A stretch of DNA of 64,000 nucleotides, from positions 2,432,001 to 2,496,000 of the forward strand of contig CAWAIF010000003.1 in assembly GCA_963782055.1 (NCBI GenBank), read 5' to 3'. Positions 40,487-52,015 of this stretch are shown piece by piece. Source of the DNA: an uncultured delta proteobacterium (GTDB lineage: Bacteria; Myxococcota_A; Polyangia; Polyangiales; Polyangiaceae). The notes below the pieces were generated by a model. It was given only the letters and a program-made list of their open reading frames with translations. It searched no databases and had not been told where the DNA came from. Position numbers and translations under genes: made by a program. Position 1 is the stretch's first letter. Every line of letters starts with the position of its first letter.

Positions 40487-40770
40487 TGTTGATGGTCGCC
40501 CAGAAGCGCCGAAATTTGGACCTCAGCCCGGGTCCGCGCGAGCGTGATGCCGGACGCACGACAAAAAGGGAAGGCCCGGTGTTGGACGCACCGAGCCTTC
40601 GGCGATCGGACGCGGGATCGCGCTGGATGAATCCCACGACGACCGCGGACGGATCAAGTTTCGTGCGTCCCACGACGGGACGTGAATTCGCTTCGGTTCG
40701 TCACCTGCGCAGAATGCGGGCAAATGTTCTTCCTTTGCCGCACGTGCGACCGGAGCGACCGGTACACGAG
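40487..40770 (+). mobile_element. IS21-like left end (repeat copy 2) followed by a truncated Cys-rich ORF fragment
   Basis: TGT-starting terminus; from GTG 40682 reads NSLRFVTCAECGQMFFLCRTCDRSDRY, a Zn-finger-like motif recalled from ORFs upstream of istA. Confidence 0.55.
40563..40599 (-). terminator. Putative intrinsic terminator
   Basis: Stem AAGGCCCGGTG / CACCGAGCCTT with an adjacent A-run (U-tract on the minus strand). Confidence 0.4.
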
Positions 40771-40825
40771 GCACGCGACGGGCCGAGTGGCTACCATCCA
40801 GAGCGCCGCGGTTTCAGCACGAGTG

Positions 40826-41998
40826 CTAGTGGCGAAGCAGTGGGCTCAACGCGCCTAGGGTACGTTCGCGCAGGAGATGCTCGGCGTAGAGATCGGTGAC
40901 GCGCTGCCGGGCCGCTCCTCGCATTGTCGCCTCGTTTGAGCGGACCGATTGAAGTAACCTGTCGGTAGCAGCTACGAGAGCGGTGACGCTGGCCGAGGAA
41001 ACGATCGCGCCCGTCGACCCTACTATCTGTGATGAGTCACCGACGTCCGTGGCCACGGCCGGCGTTCCGCACGACATCGACTCCGCAATCGCGTTCGAAA
41101 AGCCCTCTGAGGCGGAGGTTGAGAGCAGAATGTCCGCGGCGGAGTACACGTGCGCCATCCCGTCGACCTCGCCGAGAAAGTGGACGCGGGATTGGACGCC
41201 CAAGGTGGCACTGAGGCGAAACACCTCCTCGCCGTATTGGCTTGAGCTTCGTCCCGCGAAAATGAGGTGAGCGCTACGGTGGCCGAGCGCGGCCAAAACG
41301 CGAACAGCGAGAGTCTGGCGCTTGATCGGGTCTAGCCGCCCCACCACGAGTAAGACGGGAGCTGTGGGGGGAATCCCATGATGCGCACGGAGAACTAGAG
41401 CGGGTGTCCGAACGCGGGAAAACGTGTCTGTATCTATTCCATTAGGAATGACCCGTAGCCTCAGGGGAGGAAAGCCGCGCCTCAGCGCGTAGTTGCGGCC
41501 CGCGACCGAGTTTGCAATAACGAGGTCCGCCGCACGACAAAGCGCAGTCTCCATCCGCAAGGTGGCGCGGGACAGTCGCGAGTATATCGACATGTCGCGC
41601 TCGCTGCCACGGATTCCCCAGACCACGCGAGCCCCAAACGACCGCGCGGCCGTCGCAAAAATGTTCCCATCGGGCATATAGCCGTGAACAACCCTTGGCC
41701 GAAGTCGCGCAAAAGCCATAAGGAGCCCAGCGTAGGGACGAACAGCCCACCGTGCTGCCTTGGGGAGGGCCACAACCCTGACTCCCCGCCTCCGCAGTTC
41801 AATCTCCGTGCCTGCGGAAGCGTCGAAGTGAACTACGCCAACCGCGAGTCGGGGTGAGAGAAGGTGAAGAAGGCGCACGAGCTGCCGCTCAGCGCCCCCC
41901 GTGCGAAGGGAGCGTATGACGAAAAGAACGTCGAGCTGGTTGGTGGAATGCGCGAACAATGGATTACGCAGAAGCGCGGGATGGGGGCTGGTGCTCAT
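40826..41998 (-). CDS. GT4 family glycosyltransferase
   Basis: GGAERQL, IPNGID, VGRLDPIK, SEGFSNAIAESMSCG.P.VATDVGD. Confidence 0.9.
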   Translation of the reverse strand: MSTSPHPALLRNPLFAHSTNQLDVLFVIRSLRTGGAERQLVRLLHLLSPRLAVGVVHFDASAGTEIELRRRGVRVVALPKAARWAVRPYAGLLMAFARLRPRVVHGYMPDGNIFATAARSFGARVVWGIRGSERDMSIYSRLSRATLRMETALCRAADLVIANSVAGRNYALRRGFPPLRLRVIPNGIDTDTFSRVRTPALVLRAHHGIPPTAPVLLVVGRLDPIKRQTLAVRVLAALGHRSAHLIFAGRSSSQYGEEVFRLSATLGVQSRVHFLGEVDGMAHVYSAADILLSTSASEGFSNAIAESMSCGTPAVATDVGDSSQIVGSTGAIVSSASVTALVAATDRLLQSVRSNEATMRGAARQRVTDLYAEHLLRERTLGALSPLLRH

Positions 41999-43259
41999 GG
42001 ACGCGCCCGCGAGCCAATCGCTGCCGAAGTATCAAAAGTCCGGTGGCGTAAAACGGCATCATAGGAACGCGGTATCTGGAGAGGGAACCAAGATTGCTCG
42101 TTGCAAGGCCCACCGCAAGCGCGAATAGCAAAACAAATACAAGTGAGAAGACGAGGGGTGGCGAGCCCACAATCGTCATCCATACACGGAGCCAGGGTCG
42201 CCGGATAAGGATGGCAAGTACCGCGATAGTGATGGTCGTCGTTTCAAGAGAGGCGCCAAATGTTGGGGCATTGCGTGCCTCGAATATCGCCGGACGAAAG
42301 AGCCCGTTTGCCAAAGCCAGAGGCACAAATGGCAGCTGCTGCAGGAAAGTGCGCGCGTCGGCACTGCCGACGCTGATGTAGGAGCCACCCTCGGTCCCCT
42401 GCCAAAGACCTTGCTGGCGCGCCATCGTGCTCGCGAGTCGGTCGACACCAAACTCCGGAAAAATTGACCCGAGTAGGGCCACTCCGCCGGCGGCGACCGC
42501 AGCTGCGAGAATCAGGTACCCAGGCCGGACGTGCGCAAGTCCACCGCGGCGAGCAATCTGGGCAGAATATAGCCACGCACCTAAAGCTATAAAATAGGGA
42601 AACAATATGTACGGCTTGAAGAGTGCCACCCCGACCGCTCCAACTCCCGCCGTCGGCCATGCGGACCATCGGCGGTAGCGGAGGCCGCGATGTGTGGCCC
42701 AGCAGAGCACGCCGAAGGCCGCTAGAGCGAAGGACTCCTTTGCAAATGCGGCGCCCCAGAATACGGCCGACGGGACGAGTAAGCACCCGATCGCAGCGGC
42801 GCCGCGCTCGTCGGCGCGGAATTCGGTGCGGGCAACGCGATAAAGCAGAAGCTGACCGAACCATGAGAACACGGTGGTCGCGAGACACGCCGTAAGGAGG
42901 GAGGCTCCAAAAAGCCAGACGAAGACTCCGCCCACGGCGGACATGCTTCCCGTGGAACTCCCGGCACCGAAAAGTTGAAGGGGCAGGTTGGAAGGAAGAT
43001 GGAACAGCAACCGCAATGTCTCCGGCGCAAAGCGCCAGAAATCGAAATCTAGCAATCTGGCGATGACGGCACCGGTGTCTAGGTATCCGTGGGCATCGCT
43101 GATGCGATAATAGTAATCCTGCAGCAGGAACTGTGCGAAGGAACTGATAATGTGTGCAAGCAACGAAAGCAGGGCGTAGCGCAGCTCGCGGCGCTCCAGG
43201 TCTCGCGTGACGAGGACAGCGAACCCTAGGCCGAGTATGATGAGAATGATCGCCGACAT
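41964..43259 (-). CDS. Polytopic membrane protein, candidate Wzy-type polymerase
   Basis: About 11 TMs, PSAVFW....KE, FRP, NLGSLSRYR near the C-terminus; lies between GT genes. Confidence 0.65.
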   Translation of the reverse strand: MSAIILIILGLGFAVLVTRDLERRELRYALLSLLAHIISSFAQFLLQDYYYRISDAHGYLDTGAVIARLLDFDFWRFAPETLRLLFHLPSNLPLQLFGAGSSTGSMSAVGGVFVWLFGASLLTACLATTVFSWFGQLLLYRVARTEFRADERGAAAIGCLLVPSAVFWGAAFAKESFALAAFGVLCWATHRGLRYRRWSAWPTAGVGAVGVALFKPYILFPYFIALGAWLYSAQIARRGGLAHVRPGYLILAAAVAAGGVALLGSIFPEFGVDRLASTMARQQGLWQGTEGGSYISVGSADARTFLQQLPFVPLALANGLFRPAIFEARNAPTFGASLETTTITIAVLAILIRRPWLRVWMTIVGSPPLVFSLVFVLLFALAVGLATSNLGSLSRYRVPMMPFYATGLLILRQRLARGRVHEHQPPSRASA

Positions 43260-43286
43260 TGGTAGTCACGTGCGCGGCGCGTCCCC

Positions 43287-44432
43287 TTAGAGATGCGGAC
43301 CGCCCCTGCGCGGCTTGGTCGAGGACAGTATGCTTTCCCATTCGCGCTCGTAGTTCGACGTAATGGCGTCGACGTGATAGTTGGAGAGCACGCGGGAGCG
43401 GGCCCGCAGACCCAACTCATGGCGCTGTTCGGGGGAGCGTTCCAAAGTGCGGCGCCAGGCGTCTGCCAGTGCCTCAGCCGCCCCAGTCGGGACGACGATG
43501 CCGGTGTCCCCCACGATCGCGGCCGCATCACCGGCGTTGGTCGTTACGCACGGGATGCCGCACGCCATCGCCTCCCCTAGGACGTTTGGGAACCCCTCCG
43601 AAATGCTTGTAAGCGTCGCAACATCGAAAGCGCTTAAGAGTCGCTCGACGTCCGTACGCTCGCCGAGAAATGAGCAGCAGTTCTCGAGGCGAGCGTCGAC
43701 CACCCAAGCCCGAACATCCGGGTTGTTCCGGAGGCGTTTGCCAGCGACCACAAAGCGGACCTGCGGCATACGGGCGTGGAGCAGGCCTGCCGCGCGAAAG
43801 AAGGTAGGGTAGTCCTTGTTGGGATCGAGCCGAGCGACGATTCCGACGACGGGGGCGGCTTGCGGAATGCCGAGTTCCGTGCGCACAGCACTCCGCGCAG
43901 CCGGGTCGGGGCGAAACTTCGCAACATCGAAACCGTTGGGAATGACAACGAGTCGCGCGGCTGGGTAGCCAGCAGCGATGTGGAAGGCTCGTCCAGCCTC
44001 GGAGTTCACGAAGATGCGGCGCGGCAAGGCGGACAGGCGGGCACCCGCCCGCATCTGCCTCACGGAGCTACGAAGGCTGGGGTCCAGCTTGCTGCAGCGA
44101 ATGGCCCATGCAAGAGGTGCCCCGGCTGCAGCGGCTGCTATGATGCCGAGCAGGTTGGCTGCATACATCCAGGACTGCACGATGTCGGGTCTCCAACGGC
44201 GGGCGAGGCCGGCAAGGCGGAGCAGTCCGCTGGGGGAAACGAGACCGCGGCGCATGGAGAGCGTGTGTAGGTCGACGCCACCAGCGCGGAGCTCGTCGTC
44301 GAAGTCCTCGATGGGCAGCAACACCACGAGCATGACCTCGTGACCGCGCGCAGCGAGGTTGATCGCAAGGCGGCTGGTTTGTCCCTCAGCTCCGCCGCGG
44401 CCCATTGCTGTGATGACGAAGAGAAGCCTCAT
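43287..44432 (-). CDS. GT4 family glycosyltransferase
   Basis: GGAEGQ, SWMYAAN, IPNGFD, ARLDPNKD, SEGFPNVLGEAMACG. Confidence 0.9.
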   Translation of the reverse strand: MRLLFVITAMGRGGAEGQTSRLAINLAARGHEVMLVVLLPIEDFDDELRAGGVDLHTLSMRRGLVSPSGLLRLAGLARRWRPDIVQSWMYAANLLGIIAAAAAGAPLAWAIRCSKLDPSLRSSVRQMRAGARLSALPRRIFVNSEAGRAFHIAAGYPAARLVVIPNGFDVAKFRPDPAARSAVRTELGIPQAAPVVGIVARLDPNKDYPTFFRAAGLLHARMPQVRFVVAGKRLRNNPDVRAWVVDARLENCCSFLGERTDVERLLSAFDVATLTSISEGFPNVLGEAMACGIPCVTTNAGDAAAIVGDTGIVVPTGAAEALADAWRRTLERSPEQRHELGLRARSRVLSNYHVDAITSNYEREWESILSSTKPRRGGPHL

Positions 44433-44935
44433 GTGCAGCTTATCCGGAACCGGGCGGAAGTCACGTTGTGGGCCAGGTGGCCCGGGAACGATCCCGGGCG
44501 AAAACGCTCAGCGTAGGTGGGTTCCCCCGCCGGTGGTTCCCGACGCCGGACGTGTTCTTCCAACGCGAACACGTGGAGTGAGGTGGCGACGACAAGCAGC
44601 CTTGCACCGGAATAGTCCTGGGGAGAGTTGTGGCGCCGTTCGCGGTTCCCGTTCAGCGTAGCCTGCCGGCTCCAGCCAGCGAAGCAAGGTGTGGGCGGCG
44701 AGGCAAAGGCCGGCGCCCGCTTGCCTTGTCCAGCCTGGCCTCAGTCTAGCACAAGGCGCACTGCGCGCCATCGTACGCCCTGCAGAAGGCGGGCTGGCCA
44801 GTGCGGCCGCCGTGCAGGTGTGGAAAAAGACGTGGTGGCTTCGCGGGGCAAGAGTCTGCTATGCTTCAACGCCGCAGCGAGGGCTCGTGACGCTGGAGCG
44901 AGTCGCGGTGCGAGTGGCGAACAGGTTGAGGTATT

Positions 44936-45757
44936 ATGAGTGTTTCGAAGGCTCCGCTCGAATATTGGGAATCGGTGTGGAGAAGTGCTCCGACGGGTCA
45001 ATCAGTCAGTCTGGCGCCAGGGTATAGTAACTACGTGGCGCGTAGGTTTGCCGAAGTACTGCGCCGTTCGTTCCTCGCGGCGGAGCCTGCTGCGCGAAGA
45101 GTCATGGAGGTTGGCTGCGGCAACTCGGGCTGGCTCGCGGCGATGCACACGGGCTTTGGTGTCGCGGCCGATGGCCTTGACTATTCGCCCACAGGTCATG
45201 ATCGTGCGGCAGCGCTGTTGCGAGATGCCGGTGGTCCTGGAAGGGTGTATCTTGCCGACATGTTTGTGCCTCCTTCGGAACTGCTTAACGCCTACGATGT
45301 AGCCTTTTCGTTTGGTGTCGTCGAGCACTTCGAGGACACCGCTAGTGCTGTTCGCGCCATTGGGAGATTGGTTCGGCCGGGTGGAATGGTGGTCACCTTT
45401 GTGCCGAATTTTGCAGCTATGATGGGTGTATTGCAGCGCATGATGAATCGGCAAGTCTACGAGCGACATGTGCCACTTGATGCCGATCGCCTCGCCGCCG
45501 CCCACGAGCGGGCGGGTTTGATAGTTGAGGAACGGGGTTACACGCCTCTCCTCAATCTTGATGTCGTGAATCATGGTCGTCGGGGCTTGGCAGGACGTGT
45601 CCTACAGGTTGGGTTCGCTATCGGGAACCGAGCAGGGTACCTCATTGACGAGGCGGTGCGTCCAGCGCCGCGCCGCCTCGTGGCGCCATACGCGTACGTT
45701 GCGGCTCGGGTGGTTGCTTCCGCTGAGCAGCGTCGGCCATTGGGACGAAGCTCCTGA
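44936..45757 (+). CDS. Class I SAM-dependent methyltransferase
   Basis: VMEVGCGNS, GLDYS, YDVAFSFGVVEHF, VRPGG. Confidence 0.85.
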   Translation: MSVSKAPLEYWESVWRSAPTGQSVSLAPGYSNYVARRFAEVLRRSFLAAEPAARRVMEVGCGNSGWLAAMHTGFGVAADGLDYSPTGHDRAAALLRDAGGPGRVYLADMFVPPSELLNAYDVAFSFGVVEHFEDTASAVRAIGRLVRPGGMVVTFVPNFAAMMGVLQRMMNRQVYERHVPLDADRLAAAHERAGLIVEERGYTPLLNLDVVNHGRRGLAGRVLQVGFAIGNRAGYLIDEAVRPAPRRLVAPYAYVAARVVASAEQRRPLGRSS

Positions 45758-45767
45758 CGCCAGCCCG

Positions 45768-46736
45768 TCAAACGCGTCGAGCGAAATAGGTCACGATGCC
45801 GTACTGATGGTGTCGCATCTCCCAACGTGCCCGGAGAGGCGCGGTCACGCGATCAATCACGGAGAGCGGATGTGTGGCAGCGAAGTGCGCGAGGTTTTTC
45901 GCCGTGCGCGGAAGCCCGCGATCGCGAAGCCATACATCATGAGTCTTGCGGCTATCGCGCCAACCATAGTGCCGCCCCAGCCGTCGGGACACGAAGTACC
46001 TTAACCAGCCAACGGGTAACATGCTGTAGATGTTGTCCGTGTAGTCGACGGCGAGCAGTTCAAAGCCAGTGCGGTGGAGATACTGCCGGACCGTTGGTTC
46101 GGTGAAGAAGTAAAGATGGCGGGGAACGTCTTCACGGTATAGGTGGCGTGACGCTAGGCTGTCGAAGTTGGTGACCAGAAAGACAAAGACGCCACGTGGT
46201 TTGAGAACCTGTGCCGCTTTCTCGAAGTACACCATTGGGTTGTGGACATGCTCAAGTACGGCCCACGCCGAGACGGCATCGAAGGTGGCGCTGCTGAGCG
46301 GGATCTCGTGGAAAGGTCGTGTATAAACGGGAAAATCTCCGATGGGAGTTGAGGATCGTGACACTTCGACGCCCTCTACGTCCCACCCGCGGGCGCGCAT
46401 CACGCGAGGGAAATCACCATTTGCGCAGCCGATGTCGAGAAGCCGACGTGGTTGCTCGGTAGTGGCAAAGCGTTCGATGAAGCTGGCTTCGATGTCATAG
46501 CGCCGCTTGTGGTATGCTAGATCCGTATCGAACTCGTGGTAGAATGCGGTGGGATAGTAACCACCCATCTCCGACGGGGAAGGTCGCGGACTGACGAAAC
46601 CGAGACCGCAGCGCCCGCACCTGTTTATGGTGAACCACTCGTCAGGGTGATAGTGAACGTCCGGCGCACGGTACGCGATCGACAGGTCGTCGGAGCCGCA
46701 GAGATTACAGTTGACAGATTCCATGCGACCGGGCAC
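45768..46736 (-). CDS. Class I SAM-dependent methyltransferase with N-terminal Zn ribbon
   Basis: CNLCG...CGRCG, LLDIGCANG, FDAVSAWAVLEHVHNP, LKPRG; start may be 46724. Confidence 0.85.
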   Translation of the reverse strand: MPGRMESVNCNLCGSDDLSIAYRAPDVHYHPDEWFTINRCGRCGLGFVSPRPSPSEMGGYYPTAFYHEFDTDLAYHKRRYDIEASFIERFATTEQPRRLLDIGCANGDFPRVMRARGWDVEGVEVSRSSTPIGDFPVYTRPFHEIPLSSATFDAVSAWAVLEHVHNPMVYFEKAAQVLKPRGVFVFLVTNFDSLASRHLYREDVPRHLYFFTEPTVRQYLHRTGFELLAVDYTDNIYSMLPVGWLRYFVSRRLGRHYGWRDSRKTHDVWLRDRGLPRTAKNLAHFAATHPLSVIDRVTAPLRARWEMRHHQYGIVTYFARRV

Positions 46737-46782
46737 CTATCATATGCATTTGGAGAAGGTCTACCTGGACGGCTCCAGGCTA

Positions 46783-48696
46783 CTAGTTTATGCTCCGGTC
46801 CACCGTGGTGGACTGGTGGGGGAGCGGGGGCTTGCGTTCTCGGCCTGGGGCGGCTGCGTATTCAGGCACCAGGCTGCCAAATGCACTCTTCGTCGCCTCC
46901 CGGTCTCCTCCATCGCTCAGTGCATGCAGCTCTCTGAGGCCCTCTTCAACACGCCCCCACTCGTACGGCCTGAACTTCCCGACGAAGATCTTCGGGTGCT
47001 TCGTCTTGTCCGCGTGCTCGTCGTCCGTCGACAGCTCCTCGAAGAGCTTCTCCCCCGGGCGCATCCCTGTGAACTTGATCTCGATGTCCTCACCGGGGAC
47101 CAGGCCGCTCAGCTTGATGAGGTCGGTCGCCAGGTCCACGATCTTCACCGGCTCGCCCATGTCGAGGACGAAGATCTCGCCACCCACGCCCATGGCGCCG
47201 GCCTGGAGGATGAGCTGGCACGCCTCCGGGATGGTCATGAAGTAGCGCTTCATCTCGGGGTGCGTGACGGTGATCGGCCCGCCCGCGGCGATCTGCTCCT
47301 GGAAGAGGGGAATGACGCTGCCCGCGCTGCCGAGCACGTTGCCGAACCGCACGGTGACGAACTGGGTCTTGCTCCGCTGGGAGAGGGCCTGGACGTAGAT
47401 CTCGGCGGTGCGCTTGGAGACGCCCATCACGGAGGTCGGGTTCACGGCCTTGTCGGTGGAGACCATGACGAACTTCTCGACGCCGTGCTCCGAGGACAGG
47501 TCGGCCACCTTCTTTGTGCCGAAGACGTTGTTCTTGATCGCCTCGCCGGGGTTCTCCTCCATCATCGGCACGTGCTTGTGCGCCGCAGCGTGGAAGACGA
47601 CCTGCGGGCGTTCGGCGTCGAAGATCGTCGCCATGCGCTTGGTGTCGCAGATGTCGGCGATGCAGGGCACGACCGGGACGTCGGGGAACTCCCGCACGAG
47701 CGCGCGGTGGATGTGGAACAGGTTGTTCTCCGCCTGCTCGACCAGGACGACCTTGGCCGGTCCGAAGCGGCAGACCTGCTTGCAGAGCTCGGAGCCGATG
47801 CTGCCGCCGGCGCCGGTCACCAGCACGACGCGTGACCGGACGAAGGCGCTGATGCCTTCGGTGTCGAGCTGAACCGGCTCGCGGCCGAGGAGGTCGTCGA
47901 TCTTGACGGCCTGGAGCTGGTTCACCGCGACGCGGCCGTCGATGACCTTGTCCATGCCCGGCAGCGTCCGGATGTGGGCGCCGGTGCCGGTGCAGACGTC
48001 GACGATGCGGCGCATTTCCTTCCCGGAGAGGGAAGGGATGGCGATGATGACCTCGTCGATCTCCTTCTCGGCCACGAGCTCGGGCACCTTGGCGATGGGA
48101 CCGAGCACCGACACGCCGTGGATGCGCTCGCCAACCTTGACGCGGTTGTCGTCGACGAAGCCCACCGCCTCGAACTTGGAGGCGTGGATGCGCGTGATCT
48201 CGCGCATCAGCATCTCGCCCGCGTCGCCGGCGCCCACGACGAGCACGCGCTTGCGCCCCTCCGGCGGAGGCTGCGCGGCACCGACCAGGAGCTCGCGGAA
48301 GGCGCGGATGCTGAAGCGCACGCCGCCGACGACGATGACGCTTCCGAACCAGTCCATGATGATGACGGAGCGCGGGAGGCCGTGCGGTCCGAAGATGCGC
48401 TCGGCGAAGGCGAAGACGGCCGTGCCGACGGCGGCGGCCTTGACGATGGCGATGAGGTCCCGCGAGCCGGAGTAGCGCCAGAGGCCGTGGAACAGGCCGA
48501 ACCAGGAGTGGACCACCGTGCGGATGACCAGGAGCGTCAGCAGCCAGATGGGGATGATCTTCAGGTATGCGCCAGGGATCCGGAACTCGAAGCGCAGCAT
48601 GAAGGCGCCGAGCAGCGAGGCCGACCACATCACCAGGTGCGCGGCGACGACGAAGACCCGCCGGTAGGTGATGAGGAAGCGTTGCACCGCAGACAT
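46783..48696 (-). CDS. UDP-GlcNAc 4,6-dehydratase (PglF/CapD-like)
   Basis: N-terminal TMs, GAGDAG, DLLGRE, TGAGGSIGSEL, HAAAHKHVP, STDKAVNP..VMG.SKR, RFGNVLGS, RPGEKLFEEL. Confidence 0.93.
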   Translation of the reverse strand: MSAVQRFLITYRRVFVVAAHLVMWSASLLGAFMLRFEFRIPGAYLKIIPIWLLTLLVIRTVVHSWFGLFHGLWRYSGSRDLIAIVKAAAVGTAVFAFAERIFGPHGLPRSVIIMDWFGSVIVVGGVRFSIRAFRELLVGAAQPPPEGRKRVLVVGAGDAGEMLMREITRIHASKFEAVGFVDDNRVKVGERIHGVSVLGPIAKVPELVAEKEIDEVIIAIPSLSGKEMRRIVDVCTGTGAHIRTLPGMDKVIDGRVAVNQLQAVKIDDLLGREPVQLDTEGISAFVRSRVVLVTGAGGSIGSELCKQVCRFGPAKVVLVEQAENNLFHIHRALVREFPDVPVVPCIADICDTKRMATIFDAERPQVVFHAAAHKHVPMMEENPGEAIKNNVFGTKKVADLSSEHGVEKFVMVSTDKAVNPTSVMGVSKRTAEIYVQALSQRSKTQFVTVRFGNVLGSAGSVIPLFQEQIAAGGPITVTHPEMKRYFMTIPEACQLILQAGAMGVGGEIFVLDMGEPVKIVDLATDLIKLSGLVPGEDIEIKFTGMRPGEKLFEELSTDDEHADKTKHPKIFVGKFRPYEWGRVEEGLRELHALSDGGDREATKSAFGSLVPEYAAAPGRERKPPLPHQSTTVDRSIN

Positions 48697-48790
48697 CCCA
48701 GGGTTCGTGGCGCCGGCCCAGGCGCCCATTCAACCGAGAATCCGGCAGGTTAGGCTGGCCAACCGGGGCTGCCGAGAGTAGCACAGAGCC

Positions 48791-49432
48791 GTGGAGCAAG
48801 CGGGTTTTCGGCGCCTCGCGAAGCGGATGCTTGACATGTCCATCGCCGGGACGGTCGGCCTGCTGGCCGCGCCTGTCGTCGGCGCCGCCGCCCTCGCGGT
48901 GCGCGCCACGATGGGCACGCCAGTGTTCTTCCGGCAGAAGCGCCCCGGGCTGCGCGGCGAGCCCTTCGGCGTGTTGAAGTTCCGGACGATGACCCAGGAG
49001 CGGGATGCATCCGGGGCACTCCGTCCGGACGCGGAGCGGCTCACGGCGGTCGGGCGCTTCTTGCGGTCGTCGAGCATCGACGAGTTGCCGCAGCTCTGGA
49101 ACGTGCTGCGAGGCGACATGAGCCTCGTCGGGCCGCGCCCGCTGCTGATGCAGTACCTGACGCGCTACTCGCCCGAGCAGGCGCGCCGGCACGACGTGCT
49201 GCCCGGGATCACCGGCTGGGCGCAGATCAACGGGCGCAACACGCTCTCGTGGGACGAGAAGTTCCGGCTGGACTCCTGGTACGTCGACCACTGGTCCCTG
49301 GGCCTCGACCTGAAGATCCTGGCGCTCACCGCGCTGCGTGTGGTCCGACGCGAGGGGATCTCCAGCGAGGGGCACGTGACGATGCCGGAGTTCATGGGAT
49401 CGGCGAAGGTGAACGGCGAGGCGCGGGCGTGA
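48791..49432 (+). CDS. Initiating phosphoglycosyl transferase (PglC-like)
   Basis: KRMLD, KFRTM, SIDELPQLWNVLRGDMSLVGPRP, PGITGWAQINGRN. Confidence 0.92.
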   Translation: MEQAGFRRLAKRMLDMSIAGTVGLLAAPVVGAAALAVRATMGTPVFFRQKRPGLRGEPFGVLKFRTMTQERDASGALRPDAERLTAVGRFLRSSSIDELPQLWNVLRGDMSLVGPRPLLMQYLTRYSPEQARRHDVLPGITGWAQINGRNTLSWDEKFRLDSWYVDHWSLGLDLKILALTALRVVRREGISSEGHVTMPEFMGSAKVNGEARA

Positions 49433-50058
49433 GGTTCGTGGTCTTCGGCGCCGCCGGTCAGGCGCGGGAGATGGAGTGGTACCTGCGGGATCTCGGCCAC
49501 ACCTGCGTCGGCTTCGTCGTGAGCGACGTCACGCGCGTCGGCCCGAACGACTCGCGCGAGCGCCTGCTCGGGGACCTCTCCTGGCTCGACGCGCATCTGG
49601 ACGAGGTCGACGCCTTCACGCTGGGGATCGGCACGCCCGCCCCGCGGCTGAAGGTGGCGGCGGAGGTCCGCGCGCGGCATCCCGGCATCCCGTGGCCGGC
49701 GGTCGTGCACCCCTCGGCCGTCTTCGATCGCGAGACGACGCGCATCGAGCACGGCGTGATGGTCGGCGCGGGTGCCGTGCTGACGGTCAACGTGGTGCTC
49801 GAGGAGCACTGCATGATCAACTTCGGTGCGACCGTCGGTCACGAGGCGCGCGTGGGGCGCGGTGCCGTGGTCTATCCCGGCGCAAACCTGTCCGGCGGTG
49901 TCACGATCGGGGAGGGCGCCATGATCGGTGCCGGCGCGGTGGTACGTCAGTACGTGCGCGTGGGCAAAGGGGCGATCGTGGGCGCTGGCGCAGTCGCGAT
50001 TCGAGACGTGCCCGATGGGGCCACCGTCGTCGGTGTCCCCGCCCGCCCGATGCCGTGA
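49429..50058 (+). CDS. PglD/NeuD-like hexapeptide-repeat acetyltransferase
   Basis: [14 protein letters not shown], hexapeptide repeats, VVGVPAR; GTG overlaps the pglC-like stop. Confidence 0.88.
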   Translation: MRFVVFGAAGQAREMEWYLRDLGHTCVGFVVSDVTRVGPNDSRERLLGDLSWLDAHLDEVDAFTLGIGTPAPRLKVAAEVRARHPGIPWPAVVHPSAVFDRETTRIEHGVMVGAGAVLTVNVVLEEHCMINFGATVGHEARVGRGAVVYPGANLSGGVTIGEGAMIGAGAVVRQYVRVGKGAIVGAGAVAIRDVPDGATVVGVPARPMP

Positions 50059-50062
50059 GCGA

Positions 50063-51337
<1,275 letters not shown>

Positions 51338-51409
51338 GGCGTTCTGCGAGCTTGCGCTGGAAGGTTGCGGCGCGCCACGGTAGCACACGCCACGAAGGAG
51401 GCCCACGCG

Positions 51410-52015
51410 ATGCCGGAAGAGTACTTCGTCCACCCCAGCGCCGTCGTCGACCCCGGTGCCGTCATCGGTTGCAAGACGCGGGTCTGGCATTTCACCCACG
51501 TGGCCGGCGGGGCCCGCATCGGCGAGCGGTGCAGCCTGGGGCAGAACGTCTACGTCGCGCCCACCGCCGTGCTGGGCGACGACGTGAAGGTGCAGAACAA
51601 CGTGTCCCTCTACGACGGCGTCGTGCTGGAGGACTTCGTCTTCCTGGGTCCCTCGTGCGTGCTGACGAACGTGAACAACCCGAGAGCGGAGATCCCGAGG
51701 AAGGACGAGTACCGGCGGACGCTGATTCGCCGTGGGGCGAGCGTCGGCGCCAACGCGACGATCGTGTGCGGCGCGACCGTCGGCCGGTACGCCTTCGTCG
51801 CGGCGGGCGCGGTGATCACGCGGGGCGAGGTGCCCGACTACGCGCTGATGGCCGGCGTGCCCGCGCGGCGCGTCGGGTGGATGAGCCGTCACGGCGCGCC
51901 CCTGCGCGACGCGGGCGAAGACGGCGTGTACGTATGTCCGCTCTCCGGCTGGCGGTACCAGGAGCGCGAGGGCGACCTTCGCTGCCTGGACCACGACGAG
52001 GACGCACCCCTTTGA
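51410..52015 (+). CDS. WbpD-like N-acetyltransferase
   Basis: [56 protein letters not shown]. Confidence 0.9.
   Translation: MPEEYFVHPSAVVDPGAVIGCKTRVWHFTHVAGGARIGERCSLGQNVYVAPTAVLGDDVKVQNNVSLYDGVVLEDFVFLGPSCVLTNVNNPRAEIPRKDEYRRTLIRRGASVGANATIVCGATVGRYAFVAAGAVITRGEVPDYALMAGVPARRVGWMSRHGAPLRDAGEDGVYVCPLSGWRYQEREGDLRCLDHDEDAPL

Noticed and set aside
44433..44935. Gene or ncRNA in the 500-bp divergent gap
   Set aside because: Only short ORFs without recognisable motifs and no convincing structure; left as a probable promoter region
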